From contig NC_058373.1 in the NCBI RefSeq assembly GCF_018350175.1, positions 108,936,001-109,000,000 of the forward strand: a stretch of DNA of 64,000 nucleotides, given 5' to 3'. The translations under genes were made by a program, and so were the position numbers. The notes beneath the pieces are model-generated. The model searched no databases. It saw only the letters and a program-made list of their open reading frames with translations, and had not been told where the DNA came from. This document shows positions 62,520-64,000 of this stretch, in pieces. How positions within the stretch are numbered: position 1 is the stretch's first letter; each line of letters starts with the position of its first letter. Origin of the DNA: Felis catus (taxonomy: Eukaryota).

Positions 62520-62715
62520 AATTTGGTATCCAGAACTAGGCTGTGTGACTTTAAATCCCAGGTCCATCATTTATGAGATGTGTGACCTTGGAGATTTTTT
62601 TTTAAATCTCTTGACCTTTGTTTTCTTATCTGCAGAATGGGGATCATGATGATTTCCATCCTTGAAGGTTGCCAAGCTGTGAAGCACAGGACCTGTGCTA
62701 ACTAGATGTAGCTAT
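62520..62715 (+). mobile_element. MIR
   Basis: tgtgtgaccttgga...tttcttatctgcagaatggggatcatgat. Confidence 0.7.
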
Positions 62716-63354
62716 AGAACAGTACGGAGGGTACAGTAGGACACTGAAGGCACACATTCCTTATGTGTGATGGCTTCTGCAGTGGCTGGGAGAGTCTTTT
62801 GCAGTCCAGGTGCAGTGGTTGACAGAAGATGTGGGCCTGGCCCAGCAGACACAATTGAAAGGAGAGGAGAGGAGAAGATCAAAAGGCTTAATCAAACCAC
62901 AGACTCAGACTGAACCCCTAATCAGCAGCTCTCTTAATGAGTAATGTGGATCTGGGTGAATGCAGAAGAGAAATGTAGTGGCTAATTTGCCTGAAGCCTT
63001 GGCAAGCAAGAGAGATGACAGGTAGGGAGCCATAGAAAGTGTGGGAATTGGGTCACCATGGCCATCATCTTAGCAGGAGAGCAAGGAGTAATGTTGCATG
63101 AATCTGTGGTCTAGGTGATGTCCAGATGGCCAACACATTTGTTCTCCTTGGGGGTTGGGCTTTGTGCTATAATCCCAACCTTTAAAATAGCATCTTTCCC
63201 ATGTAAATGCCCAATAAATATCCATTGAGTAAACAGAAGAATTGAAGAATAAATGAGGGAGCTTGTAGCCTTTTTTTTTTGATGTGAAGTCTTCTTTCAA
63301 ACCTTTTAAATCTGTATAGCAATTAAATTTTACTTTTTATGGCCATTTACAAAT

Positions 63355-63592
63355 TGTGTTGGTCAATTTTATATATCAACTCAACTGTGCAGGTATTTGG
63401 TCAAAAATTATTCTAGGTGTCTGCGAGGATGTTTTTGGATGAGATTAGCACTTGAATTGGTAGACTGAGTGAACTGGATTGCCCTCATTAATGCGAGTGA
63501 CCCTCTTCTACTCAATTGAAGGCCTGAATAGAACAAACAGGCTGACCCTCCTGTGAGCAAAAAGGAACTAACTCCTCCTGCCTGACCAGTTG
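63355..63592 (+). mobile_element. MLT2-type LTR, 5' half
   Basis: tgtgttggtcaattttatatatcaact...tttttggatgagattagcacttgaattggtagactgagt...gaaggcctgaatagaacaaacaggctgaccctcc. Confidence 0.85.
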
Positions 63593-63625
63593 GGCAAGGG
63601 AAGCATGGTATAAAGTAAGGAAAGA

Positions 63626-63851
63626 GGGGCGCCTGGGTGGCTCAGTTGGTTAAGCATCTGACTTCGGCTCAGGTCATGATCTCGCGGTTCATGAGTTCGA
63701 GCCCCGTGTCGGGCTCTGTGCTGACAGCTCAGAGCCTGGAGCCTGTTTCAGATTCTGTGTCTCCCTCTCTCTCTGACCCTCCCCCATTCATGCTCTGTCT
63801 CTGTCTCAAAAATAAATAAACGTTAAAAAAAAATTTAAAAAAATAAATAAA
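63626..63851 (+). mobile_element. Young feline Can-SINE (same type as 7540-7765)
   Basis: Perfect TSD ataaagtaaggaaaga at 63610-63625 and 63852-63867. Confidence 0.97.
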
Positions 63852-64000
63852 ATAAAGTAAGGAAAGAGATGTAGGCAAGTGCCAGACGTTCAGGGCCATG
63901 AAAGGCCATGATACAGTGGGTTTTATTCTCAGCATAATTAGGAGGACACAGGAGAGGAATTATCTGGACTGTTTCTGAAAGAACTTTCTATGGCCATGAC

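Overview
Repeat-rich, AT-rich, non-coding mammalian genomic DNA, almost certainly from a cat (Felidae). The assignment rests on about 25 carnivore tRNA-derived SINEs (Can-SINE/SINEC), some of them young CpG-intact feline-type copies with perfect target-site duplications (TSDs), and on carnivore/feline L1 3' ends. Older eutherian repeats are also present: L1M, L2, MIR, MLT1/MLT2/LTR16-like LTRs, an ERVL gag-pro-pol remnant, and MER3/MER5/MER20/MER58/Charlie hAT elements. I found no supportable protein-coding exon, RNA gene or CpG island. The supplied ORFs are repeat-derived or chance frames, and I see no new multi-gene system. The notable signals are fossil retrotransposition and repair junctions: (1) an L1 carrying an inverted ~165 bp copy of its own flanking DNA; (2) a SINE with tails at both ends; (3) a SINE with a twin-priming-like inversion; (4) an L1 5' junction built from fold-back and patchwork filler; (5) short 3' transductions; (6) nested L1s. 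A few unique, motif-dense stretches may be enhancers. Subfamily names come from my recall of consensus sequences, and the boundaries of old repeats are approximate; both need RepeatMasker/Dfam confirmation.
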